DNA from: Tubiluchus corallicola
Lineage: Eukaryota; Animalia; Priapulida
Length of the DNA stretch: 64,000 bases
Direction: 5' to 3'
Assembly (NCBI GenBank): GCA_030141605.1
Contig: JAQGDQ010000016.1
Span: forward strand, 498,282-562,281
The notes under the pieces were generated by a model. It made no database searches and had not been told where the DNA came from. It was given only the letters and a program-made list of their open reading frames with translations. This document shows positions 62,185 to 64,000 of the stretch, piece by piece. A program made the position numbers and the translations under genes. Numbering within the stretch: position 1 is the stretch's first letter; every line of letters begins with the position of its first letter.

Positions 62185-64000
62185 CTAATTCAGGACCAAG
62201 TGGATATGGACATTACTTCAGTGGAGTGAGAGTGTGATGTACCAAGACATGTGACAAATAGGAATTATTGCATTCAACTTTTTTCTGTTGAAATTTGTTT
62301 ACAGTCACTGTGGTGGTGGGAATACAAATGACCACAGTTTATAGCAGTGGTTTAACTGTATATGGAACAATTCAATTGCTGGAACTGATTTTGCCGTAAG
62401 AAGCTTTTTATATGCAAACAATTCGATGAAATTTCCTGGATGCTATCTATACTCGAAGAATGAGTGTATTGTCTACAGACAGCTTTGATTCACAAGTGGA
62501 AAATTTATGTTGTGTGTAGCTTTGCAAATTTTCTATTAATAATCGATTAAAATAATGATTGAAATAGCTTGATGAATTTAATCATTTGACGAAAAGCATT
62601 TCATATGTTTCACCTAACCAGATGACTTGTTCCAGTTTTTTGTCTGCAAATCCTTGAATGCTGTATTAATTACAGTCATGTAGTTTTCATATATTCTTTA
62701 GGTCTGTGCCAAGCATACCAAGAAGCAGTTTTCAAATCATTTTATGTTCCAGAATTTGCAGATATAATGCAATAAACCAGGGCCAGCCTTAAAATTAATT
62801 GGACCAATTTATAATTTTTCCTAATCGAGCCCCGAACCTCCGGTAGCTCCGCACTAGCGAGTAGAGTAATCTACCTTCGGCTCTTCATGTATGCATATCA
62901 ATGCATTGCAATGATTACAAAGAGTGCAGTCTTTTTACTATCATCTGTTTCTTGTTTCAGCTCTTACTGTGCAGTTCATTACATAAGCAATATAAAAGAT
63001 AATATCTAAATTTACCTATATTTACCTGTAGACTAGACATGGCTATTCTTTGCTGTCTTGCTTAAACCTATATGGGCAACCTGTGCTGTGACAAGAGTAC
63101 ACCTCCTAAAATAGAAAACAGATTATCTCAAAATGAATTATTTTTGTTGTGGCTGAACATTTTTTTATTTCTACAATAATTTGCTTAACTATTAACTTAT
63201 TTTCCAACTCTTATTTGTCACGGAATTTGAGGTAGTGCATATGGATACCTATTTAGATAATAAGACTATGTATACTTGATCTTTACCTTATTTGCGCTGA
63301 TTTATGAAACTACGACTATTTACCTAAAAGTAAAATGTAAATAAATGTGTAACAACTTGTAAATGTCTATAAACCTATACATTTTTAACAATATCATGTG
63401 ATAAATTTACTATACTGCATCATTATGCACCTACATATCTTCATGGCAAAACGGCTATTGTTCTTTCAGAATCAGACTCGAGTCTCGAATGGAAAGTTTT
63501 CACAAGTCTACAATTTCTAAAATTCACTGCAGATACAGTAAAAAAGATAATTCAATCAAAGTGAGATCTATGTCCAGGCTCCAGCTATGCTGTTCACTTT
63601 GCAATTTCATTTTTTCAGAATGAAAAATAAATTGATATTTTTGGTAAATAATTACACAGTGATTAAACCAGGTGATGTTATAGCTTTGTAATTTTTATCG
63701 TGACCCATACATTTTGCTTACTAATTGACAGGCTTACACGTGTAATTTTCTATAAAAATGTAGCCGTTTGGTCCATTGACTTGCATGCATCACACTTTTT
63801 AAGCTCACGTTTTATTTGCAGCCCACCAAAATTGTTTGAGTAGCGCCCCACACCTCCTAAGTCCAGACCCGCCATAACCACTCTTAAGCACTACTTAATA
63901 GACGAGTGATACTAGTATTTGCATTATTAAACGTTTTTTATTTTGTTGGTTATGTTAAAACCTAATAGCAAATTAACACATTATTAAGTTCAGAGTTTTA

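Noticed and set aside
62779-63871. Possible hAT-like element bounded by CAGGGCCAGCCTTAA and CTAAGTCCAGACCCG
   Set aside because: The terminal match is too degenerate and no 8-bp TSD is evident.

Overview
AT-rich, intron-containing invertebrate animal DNA, not prokaryotic (GT-AG introns, microsatellites, SINE/LINE/LTR/DNA-transposon debris). Lophotrochozoan origin is my inference only. The first ~30 kb has no convincing protein-coding gene and is probably upstream region plus a long 5'-UTR intron of an NPY/NPF-type neuropeptide receptor whose CDS is one exon (30165-31448, +). Downstream lie a two-exon orphan gene for a signal-peptide protein with many dibasic sites and a hydrophobic C-terminus (34875-35782, +), a tRNA-Glu(TTC) (37001-37072, -), a SERHL/kraken-like serine hydrolase (38192-39115, -), a five-exon TM2D3/almondex (44311-51420, -) and, head-to-head with it, an 11-exon FKBP8/FKBP38 (53856-62184, +). 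Exon structures were assembled by hand and checked for phase. Mobile DNA includes an internally deleted Gypsy element with both LTRs and a TSD, a pogo/Tigger derivative, Tc1/mariner MITEs and remnants, a tRNA-derived SINE and LINE fragments. Most interesting: the orphan gene, a 63-bp minisatellite full of forkhead, E-box and splice-signal motifs next to the receptor's splice acceptor, a palindromic twin tRNA-like element, and the gag-integrase mini-LTR element. No database searches were run, so family names come from motif recognition.
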